From positions 62,001-126,000 of the forward strand of contig MU054098.1 of assembly GCA_013239625.1 (NCBI GenBank): 64,000 nt of DNA, written 5' to 3'. Each line of letters starts with the position of its first letter. The first letter of the stretch is position 1. Under the pieces are notes generated by a model, which worked only from the letters and a program-made list of their open reading frames with translations, made no database searches and was not told where the DNA came from. This document shows, one piece after another, positions 51,179 to 64,000 of the stretch. The position numbers were made by a program, and so were the translations under genes. Origin of the DNA: Lama guanicoe (taxonomy: Eukaryota).

Positions 51179-52055
51179 AAGAAATCCAGTCCCTGAAAGG
51201 ACTTGAAGTGTGGGCAGGGATGTGGGGGGAGGGAGAAGGCAGGATATCTGAAGGACTATAGTAGAAGAAGCACAAGTTATTGGCAGACCTACATCAGAGA
51301 AGGAACAAAGCTGGAAGGCTCTTTCAGTGGTCTTGGTCTCACTGAGTGACATGAATAATAGCTACCTGGTTCTTTCATCAGGCTTCACAGTGCCTCCCCA
51401 CACTACTCATTGAGAATCAGGATTGGGCCAGGGTGTGAAGAGAGGGCACACCTATAAGAGATGACTAAGTTAAATTGGTTCCTTGAATTGGAGGATTGAA
51501 GGCTATGGGGGTTGGGGGGAGGTGGAAGGATTCCAAGTATGTACTTTTCCTGTTGTCGTAACTTCAGGAAATGGGAAATATGCCTTCTGAACGATCCAAT
51601 TTCCCTTTTGATTTCTCTCCTCTGAAGGATTTCGGTCACCTTTATGTATTGCAGAATTAAATATATTCCAATGATGATAAAATATTAGGGGGATAACAAA
51701 CAGACTATGCAGCAGGACATATAGATATACAGCTATTTAAACCAGCCTGATGCAAACTATTCATTAAGTCTAGTGAAAAGAGCATGGGCTTCAGTCTGTC
51801 AGGAACCACCTGAATTACCCCTGAGTTGGAATTCCCTCTCAATTTCTTACCTTCTGTGCGATCTGGAATATGACTGTATATGAGCCACTGTTTTTTGAAG
51901 TTGGAAAATGGAGATAAAATTTTCTACCTGAATAGTTATTTGAAGATTAAATCAGATGTAATAGTAAAAGAACATGGCACAATGACTGGTACACAGTAAG
52001 TATCTGGTATCTGGTAATTTTTAAATTGATTCATTAAATTTCAATAATTCTTATC

Positions 52056-52139
52056 GAGAGTTCACATTTTTTGAGCACAAACCACCCGTTCTCCTTGCTT
52101 GGCCCTGCAATAAACCCTTCTCTGCTCAAAAAAAAAAAA
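52056..52139 (+). mobile_element. Polyadenylated LTR-like fragment retroposed with TSD
   Basis: 'ccacccgttctccttgcttggccctgcAATAAAcccttctctgctc' plus an A-run, flanked by AATTCTTATC at 52046-52055 and 52140-52149. Confidence 0.7.
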
Positions 52140-54493
52140 AATTCTTATCTGCTTTTCTAATAGAGTGCCTAACCTCATTACTTTAGTCCTGATCCTGTGG
52201 AATCCATGATTGTTCCTCCCCAGTTTTAGCTATTTTTGCTTGGTCTATCTCTTCGTTCTCTTTCTCTTTTATGTTTTCTCCCTCCCTCCCACCTTTATTT
52301 CTAAGGATTCAGGTTCATTTGTTCTGGAATCTAAGACTACTTCTCTCTAGATGAAAAATTCTGTCCTTAGCCTCTTAAATGTCAAACATATTCCAATGGT
52401 CTTCTATTCGGGGGAGTCTCTAAATTAGCTTCCCACTTTTTTCGTGGTCCTTTTTAAAATTTTATTTTGCGTTATTTTTCCTGCTGTTTAAACTATTTTT
52501 AAACTATTAAAAATATTTAAACTATCTTTTAAATTTTTGTTCATTTACTTATTTAGTAAATAAATCTTTTTATTATTTTTTTCAAAGACTTTAAAAAAAT
52601 CTTCCTCCTCCACATATTCCAGAGTAACTTTTGTAGCCCTTCAGTGTCTGTCATTCTCTTCTGGCCACATTCAAGTCTTCCTACAGATCTGCAAAAACAC
52701 ACTGACCTAAAATCCAACTAATTCTGGGTAAGATCTCAACCAGCCTGGAATTTTCACCACTTGGCTTTAAGAGTAGGATAAGAGGCCTGTTTTAAGACTC
52801 TAGAATACACAGTACTCAGTCAGTCCTAACCTCAGCTAAACCTCTCTATTTACCTACAGAGGCCCAAAAATCTCACTGCTGAGCTTTCTTTATATGTTAG
52901 ACTTTGTCAGGGAGGAAAATGCCAAAATCTTTCTCCTCTGTCTCTCTGCATCGAAGCAGATGTGGCTAACAGAATGGCAAAGTCTTTTTTTTTTTTTTTT
53001 TTGCGTTAACGAAAGAGAAGAAACTCCTTTCTGAGATGTTTGCTTGAAAGTCCCACACTTCTGGGTATGACCACACTGTAGTTAGTATAAAATAAAAACA
53101 GTTCGCATTCATTATTCATTCAGTATTCATCAGGAACTCGTAATATGGAATGTAAAGTTCTGCATGAGTAAACATGGACCCTGCTGAGATCTCCCAGAGT
53201 TTATCATTGACTAGGGGAGAGAAGCCATAAACAACTCTAATACACAGAAGAAAGGGATAAATGCCATGCAAGGGCCACAAATGAAAAAGAATGCATCTTC
53301 ATAGAAGGGAGAGATTCCTCCAGGCTGAAAACCTCATGTGACTAGTTTCCCTCACTGACTGACCCACTGATACGACAGTCTCGTGAAACCAGCTTCAGTA
53401 TCCAGCTTTTAAAATACTGCAACTTAATATAAGGAAAAAGTGAAACTCATTTTTCTCAACAATGAGCATAGTGTCAGTGGAGGGGATGGCAGCCTGCGGG
53501 CACCAGAAGACCCTGACAGTTGCAGTGCTCTGCCTGTCAGGTTGTGAAAATAAAATCAAACAGTTCTCAAAAAGAGCAAAGTGGAGAATTTCCAATTTTG
53601 TCCTTTAATAAATGGTTTGTTGGCACTGAATAGAAAGAAAATAATGATAGGTCTTTTGCCACCAAAGCATAATGACCCTTGTGGCCTTTCTCCTCACTCT
53701 GTACCCTGTACTTTAGATGGTAAACAGCAATTTGAGTGGTGATATTGAAAAAGATTTTAACCCTCTGTGGCTCAGCAAGCATGAAGCAGACACAGAGCCC
53801 ACATTGTACACACTAAGCCAGGACTAATAGCAAAGGAGTGCTCCTGAATTTTGCCCCCTTCCCCCCAGCTCACTGATACAGAAAGTGTGGTATTAACAGC
53901 TACAGAGCCCTGACTGAGAAGGCGGAGAATCCATGGATGGCCAGAAAACTTAACCTAGAACTTATTCTTACATTGATGTTGAGCTGCATAGGAACTTAAA
54001 ATCTAAATTCTGTAGATAAAATTATTACCATCTTAAACATTTAGAAAAGTAATGGGATAGTTAGATTTCAATTTTTTTTTACAGTCAAGGAAAAAATATT
54101 TATTCTTTTTTATCCACATAGCTGTGTAAGAACTCTTTGTTCTTTTTTTCTCCAGTCATTTAGCAAATATTTATTGAATACCATTGACTGAAGTATTAAA
54201 CCAACCTTCTCCAAAACTACAATGCCCTAAGAAAATGTAGAGAATTATCAAAGGCACTGAATAAATAGTTGATATTCTGTATAATCATTATCAATTCAAG
54301 GATAGCTGAGCATGGAGTGGAGTAACTTTTTTGGACTATAGTTTTATTAAGATATAATTGACATATACGATTATATTCGTTTCAGGTGGACAACATAGTG
54401 ATTTGCTATTTTGGTTGTTCTTTACAGGATGTTAAATCATAAAACCTGACTATGAATTTTAAAGGCCGTAGATGTGATGGAGTAGCACCTTAA

Positions 54494-54611
54494 TAGGGCT
54501 GCCAGACTTAGCAAGTAAAATTACAGGATGCCCAGTTAAATGTGAATTTGAGATAAACAACAAAATCGTTTTTTAGTATAAGTATGACCCACACAGTACC
54601 TGGCAACCCTA
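54494..54611. mobile_element. MER53-like hAT MITE
   Basis: Terminal inverted repeats TAGGGCTGCCAG ... CTGGCAACCCTA, with the direct repeat ACCTTAA on both flanks. Confidence 0.8.
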
Positions 54612-56214
54612 ACCTTAAAGAGCATTGCTTGAATATATAATATTCCACTGGGCTAGTTAATTTTAAGGAGGCTGGTTTGCTTTCAGTCCTCAGGTTTTCA
54701 TCTTTCCCCATTCCTGCGTGTCTCTTCAGCATACAAGATTTCTTTGAATGGATGGAAAGACCTTCTGTGAAGAAGGCTGTTCATTTCATAAGTGGATTAT
54801 TTAAAAGCCCTGCATTCCTCTGCAAAAAAAAAAAAACCCAGAACAAAAAGCCCCTTTTTATGCTGTCCTAGTTGCTCTTCGCTTGTTGATCTTGGTTGAA
54901 TCATCCAGATAAGTGTCTCAGCTCTACTGTTCTTGATATGAAGGTTCAACCAGAATGAGGTGGGGTGGGGGTGGGGCAGGGGAGAGGAGATGCTAAGTCA
55001 AAAAAGAAGAAATGTTTTAAATGAGAATTTGGAGTGCACCCAAAATGAATATGTAGTGAGCCAAAATATAGACCTCAAATAGAATTTTCCTTTAATTAAA
55101 AATCTCACCTCCTCAATGAAAACTCAGATGCTTTAACCTGTGTTGATCATTTCAATGAACATTCAATTCACACTTCCATCGGAAGTTTCAAAAATGTCTG
55201 AAAAGTTGATGATTCTGCATTTAGTTCTTACCAGTTTTATAAGGAAAAATATATTCTCTTCACATTGGAATAGCTTGATATCAGCTTCCAGGATTACTTA
55301 CTTACTTCTTATCTCAAGAAAAGATTAGTTCCCTCCACCTTGGGCTGTCTCTGAAGACAGATTCTAAGTATGACAAATAGTACAAATAAACTTCAATAAC
55401 ATGGGCTATTCCTTACATTTATAACAATTTTGGAAGGGGCATCAAATTATGCAAACAAAAACTTGTAAGAAAGAAATATTACGAATTTTCAGTTGTTGCT
55501 TTATAGTATCATAAGAAAACCTTTTTATGAAATCTTGAGACAGCTCATCAAAGTTTTAACTCTATTATGCAGATAACTTTGATGATGAAATAACCTGAAA
55601 TATAATATTCAATTTTTTAAATTACTTCTCAAACATTTCTTATAAATCTTTAAAGTTTTAATTTAAAAATATGATTTATACATTCCTGTCTTGTTTATAT
55701 GTTTTGTTAAAACATACTTTAAACACAATATTTTTGGATACTGTACTTAGTTGAAACCTCATGAGTTGTTGAATTATGTAGGTAATACTACTTTTACTTC
55801 TGAAAAATATTAAGGTTTAGAGAGGTTAAGTGATTTGTAGAAGGACACACAGCGATGAGTACCTGAACTGCCTCTAGAAATTAGTAAGAACTCTAGGCAA
55901 ATTCACACATACTAATTGCCCTCTCAGAAATCTTTTAATGGAAAAATATGGGTGTGCTTCTGTTTATCATGATTATTAAATCTTTTGTTCAGCCCCCAAA
56001 ACACTACAAAGGCTCAAAAAGATCATGCCCTCAAGATGCTGACATAAGCAAAAGCACGACTTCAGATCAAGCTTCAATGTTGATTGAAAAGATATTTTTC
56101 CGTAAGTGACTTTATAGCATATGTATTATACAGGATGTCTTTGGTCCAAGGAAGCTTCACTTATAATAGCTAAATTGAAATAAATGCCTACATGCAGATA
56201 AAAATATATTTTAA

Positions 56215-56945
56215 ACCCTTCTATACTGTTGGTAGGAATGTAAATTGGTGCAGTCACTACAGAGAACAGTATGGAGGTTCCTTAAAAAACTAAAAATAGA
56301 CTTACCATATGATCCAGCATCCCACTCCTGGGCATACATCCGGATAAAACTATAACTCGAAAAGATACATGCACCCCAATGTTCACAACAGCACTATATA
56401 CAATAGCCAAGACATGAAAGCAATCTAAATGTCCGTTGACAGATGAATGAATAAAGACGTTGTGGTGTGTGATGGAATATCACTTAGCCATAAAAAAGAA
56501 TGAAAGAATGCCATTTACAGCAACATGGATGGACCTAGAGATTATCATACTAAGTGAAGTGTTAGGCAGAGAAAGACAAATATTATATGATATCACTTAT
56601 AGGTGGAATCTAAAAAAAGGATACAAATGAACTTATTTACAAAAGAGAGACTCAGAGATACAGGAAACAAACTTATGGTTACCAAAGGGGAAAGGGGTAG
56701 GAGAGAGGGATAAATTAGGAATTTCGGATGAACATAAACACATTACTATATATAAAATAGGTAAACAACAAGGACCTACTGTATAACACAGGAAACTATG
56801 TTCAATATCGCATAATAACCTATAATGGAAGAGAATCTGAAAAAGAATATATATGTGTATATGTATAATTGAATCACTTTGCTGTACACCTGAAACTAAC
56901 ACGTAGTTGTAAATCAACTATACTTCAGTAAAAAAAAGAAAAAAG
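56215..56945 (+). mobile_element. 5'-truncated L1 (ORF2 C-terminus, 3'UTR, A-tail)
   Basis: Same family as 15733-16140; imperfect TSD aa(t/g)atattttaa. Confidence 0.9.
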
Positions 56946-57349
56946 AAAGATATTTTAAGGGTAATTAAAAAATTTCCCACACCATGAAACATACATATAT
57001 ATTTGACAATAATATTGGCATTTAAATAAGTAGATACTATAAGCCACAGTAACTAAGATTCCAATAATATAAAATATATGATAAATAGGTTAGCCCTAAG
57101 TATATAGTTTCACTGTCATTAAAAAAAATTTGCCAAGCAAATTAAATCAGGTCCACAATCCTTAATATATGTACTCTGAGAACTTTTCAAGTATGTGCAC
57201 ACAAATTCATATATATATATATTAAAATACTAATTGTAAAATATTATTTTAATAAGGATGTCTTGACAGAGCTTTGCAATGAAAATTTTATTAGCTTGTT
57301 TAAAGTTAATGTATATCCTCAAACATAAAAAGCTCATATTTTAACATAA

Positions 57350-58515
57350 AGTTCTAACCAGAACAACCAGGCAACAACAACAACAAAAAATAATAAAAGG
57401 TATCCAAATTATAAAGGAAGAAGTTAAGATATCTCATGAAGTGATCATGTATGTAGAAAATCTTAAAGAATCCACAAAAATATTACAGTTAATAAATGAA
57501 TTTAGTCAATTTACAGGATCCAACATCAACATGCCAAAATTAGTTGTATTTCTATGCACTAGCAATGAACAATCCAAAAAGGAAATTAAGAAAACAATTC
57601 CACTTATAATAGCATCAAAGTGAGTAAAATACTTGGGAATAAATTTAACCAAGGAGGTGTAGTTTTCTTATACATAGAAAACTACAAAACCTTTCTGAAA
57701 GAAATTAAAGAAGCCCTAAATAAGTGAAAAGATAGCCTATGTTCATGGTTTGGAAGAGTAATATTGTTAAGGTAGCAATTCTCCTCAAAATGATCTATAG
57801 ATTCCATGCAGTCCCTACCAAAATCTCAGTGGTCTCTTTTGCAGAAATGTAAAAACCAGTTTTCAAATTCATATGGATTTGCAAGGGGTTCTAAATAACC
57901 AAAACAATCTTGAAAAAGAACAATGTTGAAGGACTCACATTTCCAGATTTTAAAACTTACTACAAAACTACATTAATCAAAAGAGTGTGGTACTGACATA
58001 AGGGTAGACACAGAGATCAATGGTATAGAATAGAGTCTAGAAATAAATGCTCACATTTATGGTCAACTGATTTTTCTATAAGGGTGCCAAGAACATTCAG
58101 TGGGGAAAGACAGGCTTTTGAACAAATGGTGCTGGGGCAACTAGATATCCACATATAAAAGAATGAAATTGGACCCTTACCTCATATCATATTAAAAAAA
58201 TTACCTCAAAATAGACCAAAGAACTATATATAAAAGATAAAACTATAAAACTTTTAGAAGAAAACAAATAAGCCAAATCTTCATGGCCTTGGATTGGCGA
58301 TGGCTTCTTAACTATGACACCAAAATCACAAGAAATAAAAGAAAAAGTATATAAATTGGACTTCCTCAAAACTAAAATCTTTTGTGCATCAAAGGACACC
58401 ATGAAGAGAGTGAAAAGACAAGCCACAGAATGGGAGGAAATAATTGCAATCATATTTCTGATAAGGCTGCAAAATTCAGAAATTTTAAAGATGTCTTACA
58501 ACTCAACAACAAAAA
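57350..58515 (+). mobile_element. Decayed L1 ORF2 segment (RT C-terminal region)
   Basis: The ORF track gives MIMYVENLKESTKILQLINEFSQFTGSNINMPK.. and KLDFLKTKIFCASKDTMKRVKRQATEWEEI, both recognisable L1 ORF2. Confidence 0.9.
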
Positions 58516-59922
58516 GGTTCATTTCTTGTAAAACTCTCAGAATACTAGCAGTAGAAACTTTCTCAATTTGAAAACTTTCTCATCTATGAAAACTCTGTAG
58601 ATAACATCACAGAACTGAATGCTCTACTCTTAAGATTAGGAACAAGAGGTTGAGGTTTGTTCCTTCCACTTCTAGTCAGCATTGTACTGGATGTTCTAGT
58701 AAGTGTAATAAGGCAAGAAATGGAAGGTATTTATATTGGAAGGAAAGCAGTAAGATCGTCCTTTTTCACACACATGACAAGATCATTTATATAGATGATC
58801 TTAAATTTACCAACAAGCTACTAGATAGAAAAAATCAATTAACAAGTTTGCAGGATACAAGATAAAAACAGAAGAAAACATCAATGTTCTTTCTATACAC
58901 TAGCAACTAACAATTGGAAATTGTATTAAGTAAAATAATACCATTGACAAGAGCATTAAAAAATGTAATAAGTAGGTGTAAATCTAACAAAAGAAGTTCA
59001 AGACCAGTATGCTAGAAATTATAAAACACTGCTGAGAGAAGTTAAAGAAATTATAAATAAATAGAGAGATATATGATATTGATTTATCAGAAGACTCATT
59101 TTGGTTGTTTTGTCAATTTTTTTACAAATTGATGCATAGACTCATATATATTCAAATTCATCTGGAAATACAAAGGATCTAGACTAGCTAAAATAATTTT
59201 GAAAAAAAGTACAAAGTTGGAGGAGTAAGGGTATCTGTTTTCAAAACTTATTATAAATCTACAGTTATCAAAAACTTACAGTACTAGTGTCTTTATACTA
59301 GTTTATCTTTATAAACATGTAGATCAATGGAACAGAACAGAGAGTTCAGAAATAAGCCCACACATATATAGACTGCTGATTTTCAACAATAGATCAAATG
59401 TAATTCAGTGGTGAAAGAATAGTCTTTTCCACAAATAGTGCTGGAACAATTAGACATGTATATATATGCAAAAACATGAATTCAGGTCCACATCTTTGTC
59501 ATATGTGAAAATTAACCCCAAATGGATCATAGACCTAAATGTAAAACCTAAATATATAAAACTTCTAGAAGAAAATACTGGAGAAAAATATTGCATCCTG
59601 GAATTAGGTAAAGATTTCTTAGATACAACACCAAAAGTATAATCATAAAAGCAAAAAACTGATAGAATAGACTTCATCAAAATTAAAAAATTCTTCTCTT
59701 TGAAAGACACTGTTAAAAGACTGTAAAGACAAGCCACTGACTGGGTGAAAATTTTGTATGTAGGTGATAAAGACTTGCATGCAGAATAACAAGCAAAAAG
59801 ACTTGAATAGACACTTCACCAAAAAAAAATATGAATGGTAAATAGACACATGAAAATATATTCATCATTAGTCATCAAAGAAATGAAAATTAAAACCATA
59901 ATAAAGTACCACTACACATCTA

Positions 59923-61758
59923 TGGGCACACCTCATTTTATTGTGCTTCATTTTTTGCACTTTGCAGATAGTATTTTTTTTTAAATTAAAGTATAGTCAG
60001 TTTATAATGTGTCAATTTCTGGTGCACAGTATAATATTTCAGTCATACATATACATACATATATTCCTTTTCATATTTTCCATTATAAGCTACTAAAAGA
60101 TATTGAATATAGTTCCCCATGCTATACAGTATGAACTTATTTATCTATCTTATATATAGTAGTTAGTATCTGCAAATTTCAAACTCCCTTCCTGCCCCTT
60201 TCTCCCCTGGGAACCATAAGTTTGTTTTCTATGTCTGTGAGTCTGTTTCTGTTTTGTAAATAAGTTCATTTGTGTCTTTTATTTTAGATTCCACATACAA
60301 GTGATATCATATGGTATTTTTCTTTCTCTTTCTGGCTTACTTCACTTAAAATGATGATTTCCAGGTCCATTCATGTTGCTGCAAATGGCATTATTTTATT
60401 CTTTTTTATGGCTGAGTAGTTTTCCATTGTATAAATATACCACAGCTTCTTTATCCAGTCATCTGTCGATGGACATTTAGGTAGCTTCCATGTCTTGGCT
60501 ATTGTATATAGTGCTGCTATGAATATTGGGGTGCATGTGTCTTTTCAAATTATAGTTTTCTCCAGATACATGCCCAGGAGTAGGATTGCTGGATCATATG
60601 GTAAGTCTAGTTTCAGCTTTTTGAGGAATCTCCATACTGTTTTCCATAATGGCTCTCCTTTTGTTTTATGGTCTCCTTAGCTGTGCAAAAGCTTCTAAGT
60701 TTAATTAGGTCCCATTTGTTTACTTTTGATTTTATTTCTATTGCTTGGGTAGACTGCCCCAGGAGAACATTGCTGAGATTTATGTCAGAGAATGTTTTGC
60801 GTGTTTTTTTCTAGGAGGTTTATGGTACCTTGTCTTATGTTTGTCTTTAAGCCATTTTGAATTAATTTTTGTGTATAGTGTGAGGGAGTGTTCTAACTTC
60901 ATTGCTTTACATGCTGCTGTCCAGCTTTCCCAACACCACTTGCTGAAGAGACTGTCTTTTCTCCATTGTATACTCTTGCCTCCTTTGTCAAAGATTAGTT
61001 GACTGTACAAATAGTGGTCTTGTTAAAAATTGAAGGTTTGTGGTAACCCTGGATCTATCGACTCTATTGGCACCATTTTTCCAATAGCATATGGTCAGTT
61101 CATGTCTCTGTGTTTTATTTTGGTAATTCTCAAAATATTTCAAACTTTACTATTATTATATTTGCTATGATGATCTGTGATCAGTGATCTTTGATGTTAC
61201 TACTTTAATTTTTGGGTGATGAACTTAATAAATGTTGTGTGTGTTCTGACTGCTCCACTGACTGGCCATTCCCCCATTTCTCTCCCTCTCCTCAGGCTCC
61301 CTATTCCCTGAAACACAGCAATATTGAAACTAGGCCAATTAATAACTCTACAGTGGTCTCTAAGTGTTCAAATGAAAGTCAGTTGATTTAGCAAACTTCA
61401 CTGTAATCTTTTTTAAACAAACTGCCACAGCCACCCCAACCTTCAGCAACTACTATCCTCTTCAGTCAGCAGCCATCAACACTGAGGCAAGAATCTCCCC
61501 CAGCAAAAATATTATGACTCCCGGAAGGCTCAGATGATGGTTAGAATTTTTTTTTTACAGTAAAGTATTTTAATTAAGTTTTGTGCATTATTTTTTTAGA
61601 CATAATGCTGTTGTATACTTAGTAAGCTACAGTATAGGGTAAACATAACTTTTATATGCACTGGGAAACCAAAAACTTCATGTGACTTGCTTTATTATAA
61701 TATTCACTTTATTGCTGTGGGCTGGAACTGAACCCACAGTATCTCTGAGGTATGCCTG
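59923..61758 (+). mobile_element. Tigger1-type transposon with TA TSD, split by a younger L1
   Basis: TA|tgggcacacctcattttattgtgc ... atctctgaggtatgcctg|TA; the internal text matches the copy at 26606. Confidence 0.85.
59974..61006 (-). mobile_element. Lineage-specific L1, internally deleted, nested in Tigger1
   Basis: Reverse-complement homologue of the 49826-51178 L1; the ORF track shows [29 protein letters not shown]. Confidence 0.9.
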
Positions 61759-64000
61759 TATTAGAACCGCTAAAATGAAAATGGCTGACTATACCAAGTG
61801 CTGACAAGAAAGTGGAGGAATGCTTGTATACTGCTTGTGGGAATGTAAAATGGCACCATCATTTTGGAAAACAGTTTGGCAGCTTCCTAAAATGTTAAAC
61901 ATACACATACCATATGATATGCCCATTCAATGCCTAAGCAATTATTCAAGAAAAATTAAAGCATATGTCCATACAAATTCTATTACACAAAATGTTCATA
62001 GCATCTTTATTTGTAAAATACCCCAAACAGGAAACTTTCCAAATATCCTTTAACAAGTGAAGGGATAAACAAAGTGATATATTTATACAATGGAATACTA
62101 CTCAGTACCAAAAAGAAATGAACTTTTGATACATGCAAAAACTTGAATGAAACTCAAAATAATTGTGCTGAGTGAAATAAGCTGGCCAAAAGAAGAGCTC
62201 AGATGATATGATTCCAAGTATATATGAAGTATTAGAATGTGCAAATAAGTATGTAGTGCCTAAAAGCAGATCAGTGGTCACCTGGGAAATTGGGAGGTGG
62301 GAATTGAGTGGGAATAAAGGATTACAAAGGGGCACCAAGGGAACTTTCTGGGGCTGGTAGATTTGTTTACTGTGTTGATTGTGGTGATAATTTCATGTGA
62401 ATACACATATGTCAGAACTTAACACATTGTACAATTTAAATGTATTCAGTTTATGGGCTGTCAAATAATATCCTAATAAAGATGTTAAAAATTAAATATC
62501 AGATAAACATATTTTTTCCTGAAAAGCTTTCATAGTGAATGTCATAAAACTGTCTTGCTGGAATTTCTACATTAATTTAGAGCTAAATAACAGGCCTCCC
62601 CTGAATGAACACATTGTACTTTCCCTTAATTCTTACTGGTTATCATTTCATCTTAAAAATGAGAGCAGAATGGTCTCACAACTGTTCTGAAAATTGGAAT
62701 AATTTGAGGCCAAGAAAACAGTGTTATCAGAGAGAACTGATTTTACTTAGCTGGCAAAAGAAGTTAAATATTGTCTAAAACAAAAAATGGAGAGAGATAC
62801 AGTGTTCATAGGTCAGGGGACACAATATTGCCATGGTGTCTATTCTTACAAATAACATAAGGTAGCCAGCACCAAGAGGGGGTACCTACCAGGCAGTCAG
62901 TAAATTGTTACTATTGTTATTACTTTAAAATCAGAACGTTCTATAAAACAGAAATCATTATGTACATTTGGCAGTAACCAATTAAAACTGGAGACAGTCT
63001 CTTGAAGTCAGGAGTACACCACACTGAAAAAAAAAACTCTCAGAAAAAAATTAAAAAAAATAGAAGTACAGTACACTGGAAAACTGGAGACTTTGTCGTC
63101 CCACTGCGCCAGCATTTAGTTTTGTGATATTGGGCACGTCATTTCACCTCTAGGGACTTGGGTTCGCCTCTTGTGAAATCAGGTGGTTGATAGATCCTTA
63201 CTCCTTCACTGCTTCTAATACTTATTATCTAAGAAATAGTGAATTTAACATCAAATTTATTATCATCAAAAATTTAAGACATTGCCTTCACAGCTGCATC
63301 TTGAGCAATGAAGAGCAGAGTGAAATGCTTTGTAAATGCAGGTGAGAGTGAGCTTTTTGTCTGGATCATTTCAGATAATTGCCTTATCAATTGACATTAT
63401 AGATCTATCCATGGTGTGTTAGTAATATTAAAAAAAATCAAATACAATCCCCAGAATTTTGTACTTTCCCAAATCAGATGATTAGGAGTAAGCAAAGAAA
63501 GAACTAGTTTTTCATGGTGTTCTGATTTAGACTTTCAAGGCATTCACAGGGCAGACTACAGACAATTGCAAATGCGTTAAAGTAGCATTTTTAAGAAAGT
63601 GCCAGCAGTTTGATTCTTAAGCTAACTATTTGGGCCTGTTTGGAGGCCACATAAAACGTTATACTCAGCCAAGTATATAGTCAGGTTATCAATTTACATG
63701 TCTTACCAACAATGTTATTTTTATTTCCCTACAGTGTTTTCTTTAGCACATTCAGATGTTATAGTCTAAAATCATGAATCTCTTACTTTTTCTTTGAATA
63801 CCTTTATAGTTTTTCAAAAGAACAAAAAGTGATGTAGAATGCACTGTTCTATATAGAATATGAACCTTAGAATTGGCATTGTGCTACACAATTGTCCTTT
63901 TTCCCCTTTTTTAGAACTAGCTTCTTTTCCCTTTCACTCATATCAGTTCATTGGTTCCATTTACCTACTCATATCCAGTAGTAAAGTTTTCTTTATATTT

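Larger units (their letters stand above)
58520..62490 (+). mobile_element. Old L1 (L1MC/MB-like), ORF2 to 3'UTR, split by Tigger1
   Basis: ORF2 text runs to '...ccactacacatcta' (59922), resumes at 'ttagaaccgctaaaatg' (61761) and ends at 'cctaataaagatgttaaaaa'. Confidence 0.85.

Overview
This is mammalian genomic DNA, most likely camelid, judging by tRNA-derived SINEs of the Vic-1 type (GGGGAGGGTATAGCTCAGTGGTAGAG...GTCCTGGGTTCAATCCCCAGTACC) and artiodactyl-type L1 3' ends. It is not prokaryotic, and nearly all ORFs in the six-frame track are spurious or decayed L1 ORF2 pieces. The centre holds a CpG-island promoter (about 33.0-34.85 kb). Minus-strand splice signals there suggest alternative first exons and a long, uORF-containing 5'UTR exon of a gene running leftwards, which I cannot name. 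Bases 1-33 kb look like that gene's introns, with candidate small exons at 4647-4724 and 2652-2672; 35-64 kb is upstream, TE-rich sequence. The only recognisable gene-derived sequence is a processed ferritin light chain (FTL) pseudogene at 10339-11194, nested with three L1 insertions inside a Charlie1 hAT fossil. It appears to start at the FTL cap site yet lacks the iron-responsive element, and it has an unexpectedly CpG-dense 3' part. Other curiosities are a polyadenylated, TSD-flanked LTR fragment, two L1 micro-insertions of about 30-40 bp, an inverted SINE pair and a three-layer L1/Tigger1/L1 nest. I found no convincing wholly new biological system. Repeat family names come from recalled consensus sequences, not from a database search.
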